Of a DNA stretch of 64,000 nucleotides, positions 28,891 through 39,236 are shown piece after piece. A program made the translations under genes and the position numbers. The DNA comes from Pyrinomonadaceae bacterium (GTDB lineage Bacteria > Acidobacteriota > Blastocatellia > Pyrinomonadales > Pyrinomonadaceae). Below the pieces are notes generated by a model that searched no databases, was not told the DNA's origin, and worked only from the letters and a program-made list of their open reading frames with translations. The stretch covers positions 25,990 to 89,989 of the forward strand of contig JBHEMV010000001.1 in NCBI GenBank assembly GCA_046262375.1, read 5' to 3'. Each line of letters begins with the position of its first letter. Position 1 is the first letter of the stretch.

Positions 28891-30546
28891 ATGTATTCCC
28901 TTTATCACTCCCTTCTAGCGCAGCACTCAAGACAGTTGATGCCTGTGCCTTGCGCCGGTTCGACGATTGCCCAACTGCATCGCTACTTCGAGGATGTCGT
29001 GCTCGAGAATAACCTCGGTGCCTTGGTAGTCGAGAGCTTGCCTACCTCTCCTATTAGACCGGCTCGGGACGGTGTCCGCATCAAAGAACTCGATAAATCG
29101 GCCAAGAACCTTTTTCTTTGGGTAAGTCCCCAGGATGCACTCTCAAGCCTCGTGCTCAGCAGAGGAAAAGAGAACACGAAATCTGTTGTTTTCGAGCGAA
29201 CAGACCAGGGAGACAACTTTGAGCGGTTTGTGGTGATCGCTGATGCCCGCTTCTCTGCACTTCTTGCGTCAGTTCACAATACCGACGAAGAAGACAGTTC
29301 CCGAGATCTTGTCATCTGGACCTTCGAGCCGGACGTTGTTTACTCAGCACTGGAATACTTGATGGCTCGCGTCACTGCCGAGCATCCCTTTCACTCAAAC
29401 GCTTTTGCAAAAGCCGTTCGCACCTCAATGCCGAAAGCTACCTCGCTTCAGCTGACTTTGGGCGTAACTACAAAACTCGCGCGACTTTTGCAGGAACAAG
29501 CGGAGCGTGAGATAGCTGTTAACCGGCTTGCTACCGTGATCAGAAACTCGCTCAAGCTCGATAGCGTTTTGCAAACTGCTGCGGACGAGGTAGGACGTGC
29601 TCTGAACGTGCACTCTTGCGCCGTAAGAGTTGAAGGTGCTCTCGTTGGCTGCCAGATGACCAAGTATTATTTGCGCCCTGACGTAATCGGAGACGAGATG
29701 GAAGCATCCTTGCTAAGCGATGTGGATTCAGTTAGCAACCGGCTTTCAGAGTCACCGCAGGCTTATGTCGTTGATGGTGATAGCTCTCAGGCGACGCCGG
29801 TGCTTCCCGATGCCGTAGTGCCTCTTATTTATGAAGAGAACCTTATTGGACTCTTGTTAGTTCGTTCTGATGATATGTCGCGCGTATGGGCAGACAATGA
29901 GTTGTTGCTTGTGCACACCGTCGCCGATCAGCTTGCCGTCGCTGTTAACCACGCGCACTTGTATGCCCAATCGCAACAGCAGGCTCTCACGGATGGATTG
30001 ACAGGTTGCTACAACCGCCGCTCGTTCGAAATGCGGCTTGAGAGTGATTTACATTTCGCCACTCGCAATCGCCAGCCGCTTTCATTAATCATGCTCGATC
30101 TGGACAATTTCAAGCACATTAACGATCAGGCCGGTCACGAAGCTGGTGACGTGGCGCTGTGCATGCTTGCGGATAACCTGCACGCTGAACTGCGAGCTGT
30201 CGATACGGCCGCGAGATTTGGCGGCGATGAGTTTGTAATAATCCTGCCGCAGGCAAGCACAGAAGGCGCAATGCTCGTCGCGGAGCGTCTGCGGAAACGA
30301 ATCGAGGAGACTGAAGTTCCGGGATTTGGTCAAGTGACCGGTTCATTCGGTGTTGCAACCTTTCCAAATCATGCCTCGTCGAGAGACACCCTGGTGGTTG
30401 CAGCAGATCGAGCGCTCTACAATTCTAAAGAGGCCGGGCGTAATCGAGTCAGCGTTCCCGACGAAGTTAACTGCGAGATTGATTTCACTGCCGTGGACGA
30501 TAGAGAGCGGGATGTCAACTTGATCGACGCAATGCAAAGACTCTAG
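28891..30546 (+). CDS. diguanylate cyclase (N-terminal sensory region + GAF-like + GGDEF)
   Basis: LTGCYNRRSF opens the GGDEF domain, which has an intact RFGGDEFVIILPQ site. The N-terminal ~200 aa could be a DICT-type domain, but that is unverified. Confidence 0.8.
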   Translation: MYSLYHSLLAQHSRQLMPVPCAGSTIAQLHRYFEDVVLENNLGALVVESLPTSPIRPARDGVRIKELDKSAKNLFLWVSPQDALSSLVLSRGKENTKSVVFERTDQGDNFERFVVIADARFSALLASVHNTDEEDSSRDLVIWTFEPDVVYSALEYLMARVTAEHPFHSNAFAKAVRTSMPKATSLQLTLGVTTKLARLLQEQAEREIAVNRLATVIRNSLKLDSVLQTAADEVGRALNVHSCAVRVEGALVGCQMTKYYLRPDVIGDEMEASLLSDVDSVSNRLSESPQAYVVDGDSSQATPVLPDAVVPLIYEENLIGLLLVRSDDMSRVWADNELLLVHTVADQLAVAVNHAHLYAQSQQQALTDGLTGCYNRRSFEMRLESDLHFATRNRQPLSLIMLDLDNFKHINDQAGHEAGDVALCMLADNLHAELRAVDTAARFGGDEFVIILPQASTEGAMLVAERLRKRIEETEVPGFGQVTGSFGVATFPNHASSRDTLVVAADRALYNSKEAGRNRVSVPDEVNCEIDFTAVDDRERDVNLIDAMQRL

Positions 30547-30716
30547 TTTTTGTTAATAGTCATCTTCTACTTTTTCCTAATAGGTTATTAGATCCGCCTT
30601 CTTCCCTCCTCTATACAAGAATTTCGCTCTCCCTTCTGGCGTCCAGACGAAAAATCGAGCATCATAACGCTTCGCTGTTTAGCTGAAGGTTTGTGAAGTT
30701 TTGTTGTTTTTCTCGC

Positions 30717-32459
30717 ATGGACGATCTACGAAAATTCGGGCGTTACTTTCTTCCCTACAAGGTCTCGCTGACGATTGGCATTATATGCATATTAGCCAGC
30801 GTCCTTTTCAATCTTTATATTCCGATAATCGTTGGCCGGGCTATCGATGCAAACTGGGCCGAGGTTTCATGGTCCCGGGTAACGGCATCGGCGCTAAAAG
30901 TACTTGGCGCCAGCGTTGTTAGTGGCACATTTCTCTTTCTCCAGCGTCGCATACTGATCGGGATGTCCCGCAAGGTTGAATACGACCTTCGCCAGGATTT
31001 CTACGCGCACCTCGTCGATCAGCCTCAGGCGTTTTTCCAGGAACATCGAATCGGCGACTTAATGGCGCGAGCGACCAATGATCTTGCGGCAGTCAGGCAA
31101 CTGGCGGGTCCAATGATCATGTATTCGCTTCAAACCCTATTCGTCGTGATTATTGTTCTGCCGCTGATGTTTCTAATCAACTGGCGGCTGACTCTGCTTT
31201 TGTTCGTGACAATGCCGCTCGTGTCCCTAACCGTTAAGTTTTTTGGTCAACAGGTGCACATCCGATTCGAAAAAATCCAGGAGTTCTTCGCCCAGATTAC
31301 TGCGCGCGCTCAGGAAAACTTCACTGGCGTCCGCGTGGTTCGGGCTTATGCACAAGAAGATGCCGAGATCGCGGCGTTTAATGAATTGAACCGACAATAC
31401 GCAGAAAAGAATTTGGGTCTCGTCAAAATAGACGCATTAATGCGACCTCTAATGCAGTTTCTGATTGGAATGGGTTTTGTGCTGATTATCTGGTCGGGGG
31501 TACCGGCGGCAATTCGAGGAGAAATTACGGTGGGTGAGTTCACCGTATTCAATATGTATCTGTTTCGCCTGATCTGGCCGCTCATCGCCTTGGGATATGT
31601 CGTTAACCTGTATCAGCGCGGCACAGCAAGCTTGAAACGGATGAATGCCATACTTGCCATCGAGCCGTCTATTGGGGATTCGCCGGATGTGAAACCAAAA
31701 CCGCCCATTAGCGGTGAAATTGAATTTCGGAATCTTACTTTTAGTTATCACCAAAACAACGAACCCGTGCTTAGAGACATTGACCTGGTGATACCCGCTG
31801 GTCGCACTGTTGCTTTCGTGGGAAGAACCGGGAGCGGTAAGTCAACACTCATCAATCTAATTCCGCGAGTTATTGAGGCGCCGGAAGACACCGTGCTTGT
31901 CGATAGCGTTTCGACTCGCGATTACCCACTCTCTCAATTGCGTTCGAGCATTGGCTATGTCCCTCAGGAAACTTTTTTATTCAGCGACACGCTGGCCGAA
32001 AACATAGCATTTGGTGTTGATAAGGCAGATCGAAGCCAAATCGAGCGGGCCGCTGAGGTGGCGGGCTTGACAGAAGACATTGAGGGCTTCCCAGATGGTT
32101 TTGATACCCTCGTGGGCGAGCGCGGTCTTACGCTTTCCGGCGGTCAAAAACAGCGGACGGCAATTGCTCGAGCGATACTGCGAGAGCCAAAAATCCTGAT
32201 TCTTGACGATGCTTTGTCTTCAGTTGATACCTATACCGAAGAAAAGATTCTGGGGAAACTGCGGAGCGTAATGCGCGGAAGAACGAGCTTGATCGTTTCC
32301 CATCGCATTTCGACGGTTCGCGACGCCGACCTGATTTGCGTACTCGATGAGGGGCGAATAATCGAGCAAGGTACCCATCATGAACTGCTCGCCAGCGGGG
32401 GCGAGTATGCCGATTTATATGAGCGTCAACTGCTTGAGGAAGAGTTGGCCCTTACTTAA
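30717..32459 (+). CDS. ABC exporter half-transporter (TMD+NBD), degenerate-site subunit
   Basis: The ATG at 30717 gives [10 protein letters not shown]. It has six predicted TM helices, Walker [10 protein letters not shown] and signature LSGGQKQR. The Walker B region ILILDDA has Asp where the catalytic Glu is expected. Confidence 0.85.
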   Translation: MDDLRKFGRYFLPYKVSLTIGIICILASVLFNLYIPIIVGRAIDANWAEVSWSRVTASALKVLGASVVSGTFLFLQRRILIGMSRKVEYDLRQDFYAHLVDQPQAFFQEHRIGDLMARATNDLAAVRQLAGPMIMYSLQTLFVVIIVLPLMFLINWRLTLLLFVTMPLVSLTVKFFGQQVHIRFEKIQEFFAQITARAQENFTGVRVVRAYAQEDAEIAAFNELNRQYAEKNLGLVKIDALMRPLMQFLIGMGFVLIIWSGVPAAIRGEITVGEFTVFNMYLFRLIWPLIALGYVVNLYQRGTASLKRMNAILAIEPSIGDSPDVKPKPPISGEIEFRNLTFSYHQNNEPVLRDIDLVIPAGRTVAFVGRTGSGKSTLINLIPRVIEAPEDTVLVDSVSTRDYPLSQLRSSIGYVPQETFLFSDTLAENIAFGVDKADRSQIERAAEVAGLTEDIEGFPDGFDTLVGERGLTLSGGQKQRTAIARAILREPKILILDDALSSVDTYTEEKILGKLRSVMRGRTSLIVSHRISTVRDADLICVLDEGRIIEQGTHHELLASGGEYADLYERQLLEEELALT

Positions 32460-32917
32460 TGGAGCAAACTAAGGTGTCAGGTAAACAAAACAATCAAGTC
32501 AGTGTCGACACCCAAAATCGCACTTTACTAATTCTTTGGATTGCGTCTCTATCCACAATTGTTATCTATTTCTTTATCTCACTACTGTTGCCAGGGTATG
32601 AAGGACGGGAGAATAAATCACTTACGATTCTGTTCAGTGCTGCCGGCGCATTCCTGGTAGTTGTCTCATTTGCGGTAAAGAAGAATTTTCTGTCTCGATC
32701 AGTGGAGACACAGCAAGTTGGTCGCGTCAAGACCGCTTTTATCCTGGCCGCAGCCTTTTGCGAAGCGGCTGCTCTCCTCGGATTGCTCGACCTTCTCATC
32801 GCGCATGATCGCTACTACTTCCTTCTAATGGCGTTCGCATTCGGTGGGCTCCTGCTCCATTTTCCTCGACGCCGCGATTTGGAATCAGCGAGTTACAGGC
32901 AAGCTTTGGGGGAATAG
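32459..32917 (+). CDS. small 4-TM membrane protein between the two ABC genes
   Basis: Its ATG overlaps the upstream TAA (TAATG). The 152-aa protein has four hydrophobic helices. No family recognised. Confidence 0.5.
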   Translation: MEQTKVSGKQNNQVSVDTQNRTLLILWIASLSTIVIYFFISLLLPGYEGRENKSLTILFSAAGAFLVVVSFAVKKNFLSRSVETQQVGRVKTAFILAAAFCEAAALLGLLDLLIAHDRYYFLLMAFAFGGLLLHFPRRRDLESASYRQALGE

Positions 32918-32940
32918 AACGCAGTTAATCTAGAGAACAC

Positions 32941-34815
32941 ATGTCCACAGCGGTAAGAGAATTTCACGAAGAAGAGGCAATTGGTAAGACTTATGATTTC
33001 CAGATTGCCCGCAGGTTGCTCCGATATTTGCGCCCGTACCTCCGCCTGCTGATCCCAGCCCTCGTTTTGACTTTCGCGCTGAATCTGCTGGGAATTCTTC
33101 AGCCAAAATTTACTGAATACGCGATCGACTGGTTCATCCTGCCCCGTCAATACTCAGGCCTTGAGTTGCTGGTCGGTCTATACGTGGCCGTACAAGTCCT
33201 GCGCCTCGTGTTTTCTTATTTTCAGGCGCTACTGCTCAACACCGTCGGCCAATACGTGATGTTTGATATGCGCCGGGAGCTTTACGATAAGCTGCAGCAC
33301 CAGGAAGTGGCTTACTACGATCGCAATCCGGTGGGCCGTATCATGACACGTCTCACTAACGACGTAGACTCGCTGAACGAGCTCTTCACGGCAGGAATCA
33401 CAGATCTTCTAGGCGATCTGGTAATGATTTTCGCGATCATCGGAGTGATGTTATGGATGGACGTGCGCCTCACTCTTTTCACCTTGCTGACCGTGCCGAT
33501 GTTGTGGGCCGCTACAACATGGTTTCGCAAAGGCGCGCGAAAAGGTTACGACATGGTGAGAACTCGCATTGCGCGAATCAACTCGTTTCTTCAGGAACAT
33601 TTTGCCGGTGCGCAAACTGTTCAAATCTTTAATGCTGAAGCAAAGTCGGTTCGGAAGTTTCGCGAGATCAACGCGGATTACCGCAAAGCTAACATTGACA
33701 CCATCTTTTACTATGCAGTTTTCTTCCCGCTTGTTGACTTTATTGGAGCCGTGGGCATCGCACTAATCATCTGGTATGGCGGCTATCGTGTGATGCAAAA
33801 CACCCCCGGACATACCGTGCTCACGCTGGGTGCGCTTGTGGCCTTTATTCAATATTCGAGTTTTCTATTTCAACCGATACGCGATATCTCCGACAAGTAC
33901 AACGTACTGCAGGCCGCTGTGGTAGCGTCGCATCGGATCTTCAAGACGCTCGATCTTCCCATAGCGATTACTTCCCCGGCGAAGCCTGCAAAGTCCGGAC
34001 GTGCTGTCGGCCACATTGAATTTGAAAACGTTTACTTTGCCTATAAGGGCCAAGACTGGGTTCTCAAAGATGTTTCCTTTAAGGTCGAACCGGGACAGTC
34101 ATTCGCGTTGGTGGGCCATACTGGGTCCGGCAAGTCAACGATTACAAATCTGCTGATGCGCTTCTACGATGTTCAGCGCGGCAGGATCCTTCTCGACGGC
34201 GTCGATCTGCGCTCGTGGGACCTAAAATCCCTCAGGGAAAACTTTGCGGTGGTGTTACAGGAAATATTTCTTTTCAGCGGAACTGTGGCAGGGAATATCC
34301 GTCTCGGGAGAAGCGATATTACTGAGGAGCGAGTTAGATGGGCGGCCCAGGAGGTTCATGCAGAACAGTTCATAAAAAGGCTCAAAGGAGACTACAACGC
34401 GGAGGTTAAAGAGCGCGGCGCCGGCCTTTCTGTGGGCCAAAAGCAGTTGATCTCGTTTGCGCGCTCGCTGGCATTTGATCCGGCCCTATTAATCCTGGAT
34501 GAAGCTACAAGCTCTATTGACACAGAAACTGAGCAATTGATCCAGCAAGCAATCGAGCGCGTCATGCGCAATCGCACCTCTATCGTCGTTGCTCACCGGC
34601 TATCAACCATCCAGCGCGCGGATCAAATTATCGTCCTTCATCATGGTGAGATTCGCGAGCAAGGTAATCATCAGCAGCTGCTTGCGCAACACGGACTGTA
34701 TTGGCGGCTTTACAAACTTCAGTATGCCGACGGCAGGCTGCAGGAATCGCCTACGTTGCCATCTGAGGAAGAAGCGGTGGCTCAACCCGCAGGCCGCTTG
34801 CAATTTAGCGAATAA
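32941..34815 (+). CDS. ABC exporter half-transporter (TMD+NBD), consensus-site subunit
   Basis: Walker A is GHTGSGKST and Walker B LLILDEA has the catalytic Glu. The signature is non-canonical (LSVGQKQL). Confidence 0.85.
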   Translation: MSTAVREFHEEEAIGKTYDFQIARRLLRYLRPYLRLLIPALVLTFALNLLGILQPKFTEYAIDWFILPRQYSGLELLVGLYVAVQVLRLVFSYFQALLLNTVGQYVMFDMRRELYDKLQHQEVAYYDRNPVGRIMTRLTNDVDSLNELFTAGITDLLGDLVMIFAIIGVMLWMDVRLTLFTLLTVPMLWAATTWFRKGARKGYDMVRTRIARINSFLQEHFAGAQTVQIFNAEAKSVRKFREINADYRKANIDTIFYYAVFFPLVDFIGAVGIALIIWYGGYRVMQNTPGHTVLTLGALVAFIQYSSFLFQPIRDISDKYNVLQAAVVASHRIFKTLDLPIAITSPAKPAKSGRAVGHIEFENVYFAYKGQDWVLKDVSFKVEPGQSFALVGHTGSGKSTITNLLMRFYDVQRGRILLDGVDLRSWDLKSLRENFAVVLQEIFLFSGTVAGNIRLGRSDITEERVRWAAQEVHAEQFIKRLKGDYNAEVKERGAGLSVGQKQLISFARSLAFDPALLILDEATSSIDTETEQLIQQAIERVMRNRTSIVVAHRLSTIQRADQIIVLHHGEIREQGNHQQLLAQHGLYWRLYKLQYADGRLQESPTLPSEEEAVAQPAGRLQFSE

Positions 34816-34964
34816 GTATTTGAGGTGCTGTTTCAATTCCTATTTGTCGGCTACGACATCCGTGTTACCTCCACGCTGAGTGTAGCGCGTGTTATTCATT
34901 ATCCCGAGAGAAAATGTAGTGATCGTACACAATTCTAAAACTCGCGCGGCGAGGAGAAAGCTCA

Positions 34965-36722
34965 ATGAAGTCAAAAACTCAATTACGGCTATTTCTGCTT
35001 ATATCGGTTCTTCTTCCGTCTCTGCTCTACTCAGAAATCGCGGCATTGAAAAGCCAACCCGGGCCGGGCCTGCGTTTCGCCATTTCCTTTCCTGAGACAC
35101 ATAGCAAAGAGCCACTCCACGGGCGAATCCTTTTGCTTGTCTCTACTGATAATTCCCAAGAGCCGCGCTTCCAAATCAGCGAAGATCTCAACACGCAACA
35201 GGTTTTTGGGCTCGATGTTGAGGCTTTGAAGCCGAGTCAGGAAGCTATCGTTGACTCAAATGCCTTTGGTTATCCCCAGCGATCTCTTTCCACTCTCAAG
35301 CCTGGGGATTATTGGATACAGGCGATGCTTCACCGTTACGAAATTTTCCATCGCGCCGACGGCCACACGGTCAAGCTACCAATGGACCGCGGCGAGGGTC
35401 AGCAATGGAACCGCGCGCCGGGAAATTTCTACAGCACACCGCAAAAGATAACAGTCCGAGCGAACGACCAAAGAACGATCAAGTTAACACTCGGCAAAAT
35501 CATTCCACCAATCGAGCCGCCCAAAGACACAAAATACATCAAGCACGTAAAGATAGAGAGCAAGTTGCTCAGTAACTTCTGGGGACGGCCCATGTACCTC
35601 GGGGCGAATGTTCTATTGCCTGAGGGTTTTGATAATCATCCCAATGCCCACTATCCCCTGGTAATTTTTCACGGTCATTTCCCTGCCGATTTCGGCGGGT
35701 TTCGGGAGACGCCTCCCGATCCCACACTGAAGCCCGTTTATAGCGAACGGTTTCGTCTGGAAGGCTACAACAAGATCCAGCAGGAGCATGCCTACAAGTT
35801 TTATCAGGAATGGACCGGTGCAAACTTTCCCCGCATGATAATCATCGAGATTCAGCATGCGAACCCCTATTACGACGATTCCTACGCCGTGAACTCTGCA
35901 AACCTCGGTCCTTACGGCGATGCGATCACTTACGAACTGGTACCCTTTATTGAGAAACAGTTTCGCGGCCTGGGCAAAGGGTGGGCGCGGTTCATGTATG
36001 GCGGCTCGACCGGAGGTTGGGAGGCGCTTGCGGCGCAAATCTTTTATCCAGACGAATACAATGGGAGCTGGGCCGCTTGCCCCGACCCGATAGATTTTCG
36101 TGCTTATACAGTTATCAATATCTACGAGCATCAAAATGCTTACTTTGCGGAAGCGCCCTGGAAACACACGCCGCGGCCCGGCAAGCGAAACTATTTGGGT
36201 GAACTTGCCGCGACCATCGAGGAAATGAACTACATGGAGCTTGCGCTCGGCACAAACAGTCGTTCGGGAGGGCAGTTCGATATTTGGCAGGCCGTGTATT
36301 CCCCTGTCGGGAATAATGGTTATCCTAGACCAATCTGGGACAAGTCGACCGGGAAGATCGATCGCCCTGTGGCGGAATACTGGCGCGAACACTATGACCT
36401 TGGTTACATCCTCCGGCGCGACTGGAAGAAACTTGGGCCAAAACTCGAAGGAAAGATTCACATCTACGTGGGCGAAGCCGACAACTATTTTCTCAACGAT
36501 GCAGTTTATCTAGTCGAAAATTTTCTGAAGAGCACGAAGGATCCTCACTACGCCGGCGAAGTGGATTATGAGCCGCGCTCCGAACACTGCTGGAACGGCG
36601 ATCACACACGGCCCAACGCAATCTCACGTCTTCGGTATCACCAGTTCTTCGCTCCCAGGATTGTCGAACGTATTTTAAAGAGCGCACCAGCCGGGGCCGA
36701 TTTGACAAGTTGGCGATACTGA
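34965..36722 (+). CDS. exported esterase-like (alpha/beta hydrolase-type) protein
   Basis: It has a signal peptide (LRLFLLISVLLPSLLYS). The C-terminal half carries MYGGSTGGWEALAAQ, a GxSxG-like elbow as in the putative-esterase family. The assignment is tentative. Confidence 0.45.
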   Translation: MKSKTQLRLFLLISVLLPSLLYSEIAALKSQPGPGLRFAISFPETHSKEPLHGRILLLVSTDNSQEPRFQISEDLNTQQVFGLDVEALKPSQEAIVDSNAFGYPQRSLSTLKPGDYWIQAMLHRYEIFHRADGHTVKLPMDRGEGQQWNRAPGNFYSTPQKITVRANDQRTIKLTLGKIIPPIEPPKDTKYIKHVKIESKLLSNFWGRPMYLGANVLLPEGFDNHPNAHYPLVIFHGHFPADFGGFRETPPDPTLKPVYSERFRLEGYNKIQQEHAYKFYQEWTGANFPRMIIIEIQHANPYYDDSYAVNSANLGPYGDAITYELVPFIEKQFRGLGKGWARFMYGGSTGGWEALAAQIFYPDEYNGSWAACPDPIDFRAYTVINIYEHQNAYFAEAPWKHTPRPGKRNYLGELAATIEEMNYMELALGTNSRSGGQFDIWQAVYSPVGNNGYPRPIWDKSTGKIDRPVAEYWREHYDLGYILRRDWKKLGPKLEGKIHIYVGEADNYFLNDAVYLVENFLKSTKDPHYAGEVDYEPRSEHCWNGDHTRPNAISRLRYHQFFAPRIVERILKSAPAGADLTSWRY

Positions 36723-37186
36723 CCTGGGCAGTAGTGCAAAACGAGCAAGAGAAGCGGGGGACAACTCCACGCACTAGCTCAGCTGGACGGAGGGCGTATT
36801 ATTGGCCGCTTCCTCCAGCAACTAACGCCGCAGATATCTGCAGAGGAACTCTTTAAAACTCTCTGTCCAAAAGCAAAGCGACGAAAAGGAGAACCTATTA
36901 TGGCTGCGAATGAACCGAAGCTTGTAAAGGCTAGAGGTAATGAGCTTGTCACTGTAACTAACTGGACGGCGTGCTACAACAGCGGCGATGACACCATTGA
37001 GTGAAACGGTCAATCCTGCGCTCAATCTTCCCCCAGGCGAGCTAAAGGTTGGAGTTACAGTGTGGGGTGTCGTCTCAGGTGAGTGTCAGAGGCAGCATTA
37101 CTTTTTTGAAGAAGAGCTAACTATCATTGCCTGTTAGTGACGGCCCTCGGACGGGACTTCCGCTCTTCTCACCGCCATCACTTTCG

Positions 37187-38086
37187 TTACCCTCGATTAC
37201 GGAAGAGGGTATTGAGCTCGCTGTAGGGAGCCGCGTCCGCGAAGGCATCGAATGAGCCCGTCGCTGCGATGCTTTCCGCCGCGCGGATGAAAGCTCCCCA
37301 TGCGACCAGCGCCAGTGCGGAGCCAACTGAAACGCGTCGAACGCCAAGCCCGGCGAGTCGGGAAACCGACATTGCAGGGTTGGGTTTGGATACTAATACG
37401 TTGACTGGCTTCGGAGAGACTGCCTTTACGATCGCTGCGATCTCATCGGGTTCAGAAACGCCGGGAGCGTAAAGACAATCGGCCCCTGCTTCGGCGTATG
37501 CGACGAGCCGGTTAAGGGCTACGCGGAGAGGATCAGGTTGTCTAACAAGCCAGGCTTCACAACGACCCGTAAGTATTACCGGAAACCCTGACTCATTGAT
37601 CGCGCTCCGGGCTGCCCTGATCCGCTCGACTCCCAGGTGTAATTCGTAGAGGGGTGTACTGTCGTGCCCAGTTGCATCCTCAATTGAAAGGCCAGCAACA
37701 CCCGTAGCAATACAGAGGGCTACGTTTGTGGCCACACCTTCGGGATCGTCCGCATACCCGGTCTGGAAGTCGGCATTGACGGGCAGCGGCGTTGCTGCTA
37801 CTACTTCCCGAATGTGTGCGAGCATGTCGTCCCGGGTTATCGCCGAAACCGTATCGGGCAATCCTCGCGCAAAGGCGAAGCCGGCTGAGGTCGTTGCAAG
37901 GGCCTCATAGCCCAAGTGCCGCAGATATACAGAGGTTCCTTTGTCCCACGGGTTAGGAAGAACGAAGCACCCTGACGCGTGCATCGTACGAAACCTCGCG
38001 ATGGCCGATAGTTGAGCAGAAGTGGCGTCGTTCATGAACGCAATCCTATCCGCGTTGGCGCGAAACGCGCCAGTTGATTGCGACAA
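37187..38086 (-). CDS. isocitrate lyase / PEP mutase superfamily protein
   Basis: LPNPWDKGTSVYLRHLGYEALATTSAGFA and LSIEDATG are typical of the ICL/PEPM family. The start is either TTG 38086 or ATG 38035. Confidence 0.75.
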   Translation of the reverse strand: MSQSTGAFRANADRIAFMNDATSAQLSAIARFRTMHASGCFVLPNPWDKGTSVYLRHLGYEALATTSAGFAFARGLPDTVSAITRDDMLAHIREVVAATPLPVNADFQTGYADDPEGVATNVALCIATGVAGLSIEDATGHDSTPLYELHLGVERIRAARSAINESGFPVILTGRCEAWLVRQPDPLRVALNRLVAYAEAGADCLYAPGVSEPDEIAAIVKAVSPKPVNVLVSKPNPAMSVSRLAGLGVRRVSVGSALALVAWGAFIRAAESIAATGSFDAFADAAPYSELNTLFRNRG

Positions 38087-38261
38087 CGGGATGTCATGAG
38101 TACGATCACCTACGCAAGAGCGTATATGCTGGCTGAGGTCCCGAGTAGATAAATTCGCCCGGCCAAAAACGAAGTCACAAGAAGAAGCCCAGACGTTGCA
38201 TTTAACGTCCGGGCTTTGTTTGCCTATGGAATTTTAATGAGCCTGTTGAGCGGCGCAAACA

Positions 38262-39236
38262 TTAACGACGCCGGCGTCGCGGTTTGATTGCAAGCTTCCG
38301 TGGCGACTTCTTCGCAGACTTCCGTTGTCGCCGGGCAGGGGATTGCTGATTAAGCACTCCACGCATCCCAACCTGATTTATGAGCGCATCCAGATAAGTG
38401 GCGAAGCAGTGGAGAATGAAGGTGTGTCTTGCGGAGCCATAGCTGGAGGTTACCTCTCTCGCGATATCCTCAAACTCGTCCCAGTCTTTATACATGAGCG
38501 AGTGCATCGTACCATCGCAGAACTCTCTCAAATTCCGTATTAGTAAGCTGCTCGTTTCTGGATCCTGGCGCTCCTCGGCCTGCTGAGTCAGGTGCATCAG
38601 CGAGGACAAATCTTTGAGTAGCACGGTCGACTGTTCCAACCTATTCCTGAAATCATAGAAAAGGATCTGACCGCTGACTGAGGGGTCGAACACTCGGACG
38701 AGAGTGAGAATTGACTGATCGAAGCAGTTACTCAAAAGTCCGTGCGCCCTCATGATGGTCGGTCTAACCTCGTCAGCCGGAAACTCTGTATTGATTGCCG
38801 CGAGGTCATGGCCGAAGACTCTCTTCAGCTCGTGACGCAGGGCGAAGCTCGTACCGTCCAGGGCATGGCGTAATGGCCCTTTGATGCTCTTTATCTTTGA
38901 CGTGTGCCTTTCGATGAAGCGGACCAGAGACTTCGACTCGTTATCGACCAGGGAGAAGGCAGCCAGCGTCACCGGAAGTGAGCCGCCCTCGTCAACGTTA
39001 ATCTCTACTATGTGCAAAATATCGCGCAGGCGAGAAAGATTAATGAAGACGTGCTGAATCGCCTCCGCCATACTCGAACCCTTAATGCCCTTAATGATCA
39101 AATCAACTTGCTTTTGCAGCTGAAGTTGATTTCTGTCTGGACCGGTCAGGTCAAAGATTTCGGGACTCTGAGGTAAATGCAGCGGCGTTTTTTGCACACT
39201 GGCCTTGTTAGTTCTTGCATGGCTTATCGCACTCAT
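38262..39236 (-). CDS. orphan helical protein with polybasic C-terminal tail
   Basis: 324-aa ORF with GGGGGT about 9 nt upstream of the ATG. The last 25 residues are ARRQRKSAKKSPRKLAIKPRRRRR. No family recognised. Confidence 0.5.
   Translation of the reverse strand: MSAISHARTNKASVQKTPLHLPQSPEIFDLTGPDRNQLQLQKQVDLIIKGIKGSSMAEAIQHVFINLSRLRDILHIVEINVDEGGSLPVTLAAFSLVDNESKSLVRFIERHTSKIKSIKGPLRHALDGTSFALRHELKRVFGHDLAAINTEFPADEVRPTIMRAHGLLSNCFDQSILTLVRVFDPSVSGQILFYDFRNRLEQSTVLLKDLSSLMHLTQQAEERQDPETSSLLIRNLREFCDGTMHSLMYKDWDEFEDIAREVTSSYGSARHTFILHCFATYLDALINQVGMRGVLNQQSPARRQRKSAKKSPRKLAIKPRRRRR

Noticed and set aside
35613-36461. 282-aa ORF antisense to the esterase-like gene
   Set aside because: It lies entirely inside a better-supported plus-strand gene, has Arg/Gly/Pro-skewed junk-like composition and has no RBS. 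Similar antisense ORFs at 205..789, 4849..5961, 7070..7558, 25176..25865, 41024..41689 and 22856..23392 were rejected for the same reason.
36822-37025. 67-aa minus-strand ORF in the 36.7-37.2 kb gap
   Set aside because: It has poor composition and no RBS. The short plus-strand ORF with an AAGGAG site is the more plausible, though still unproven, coding candidate there.
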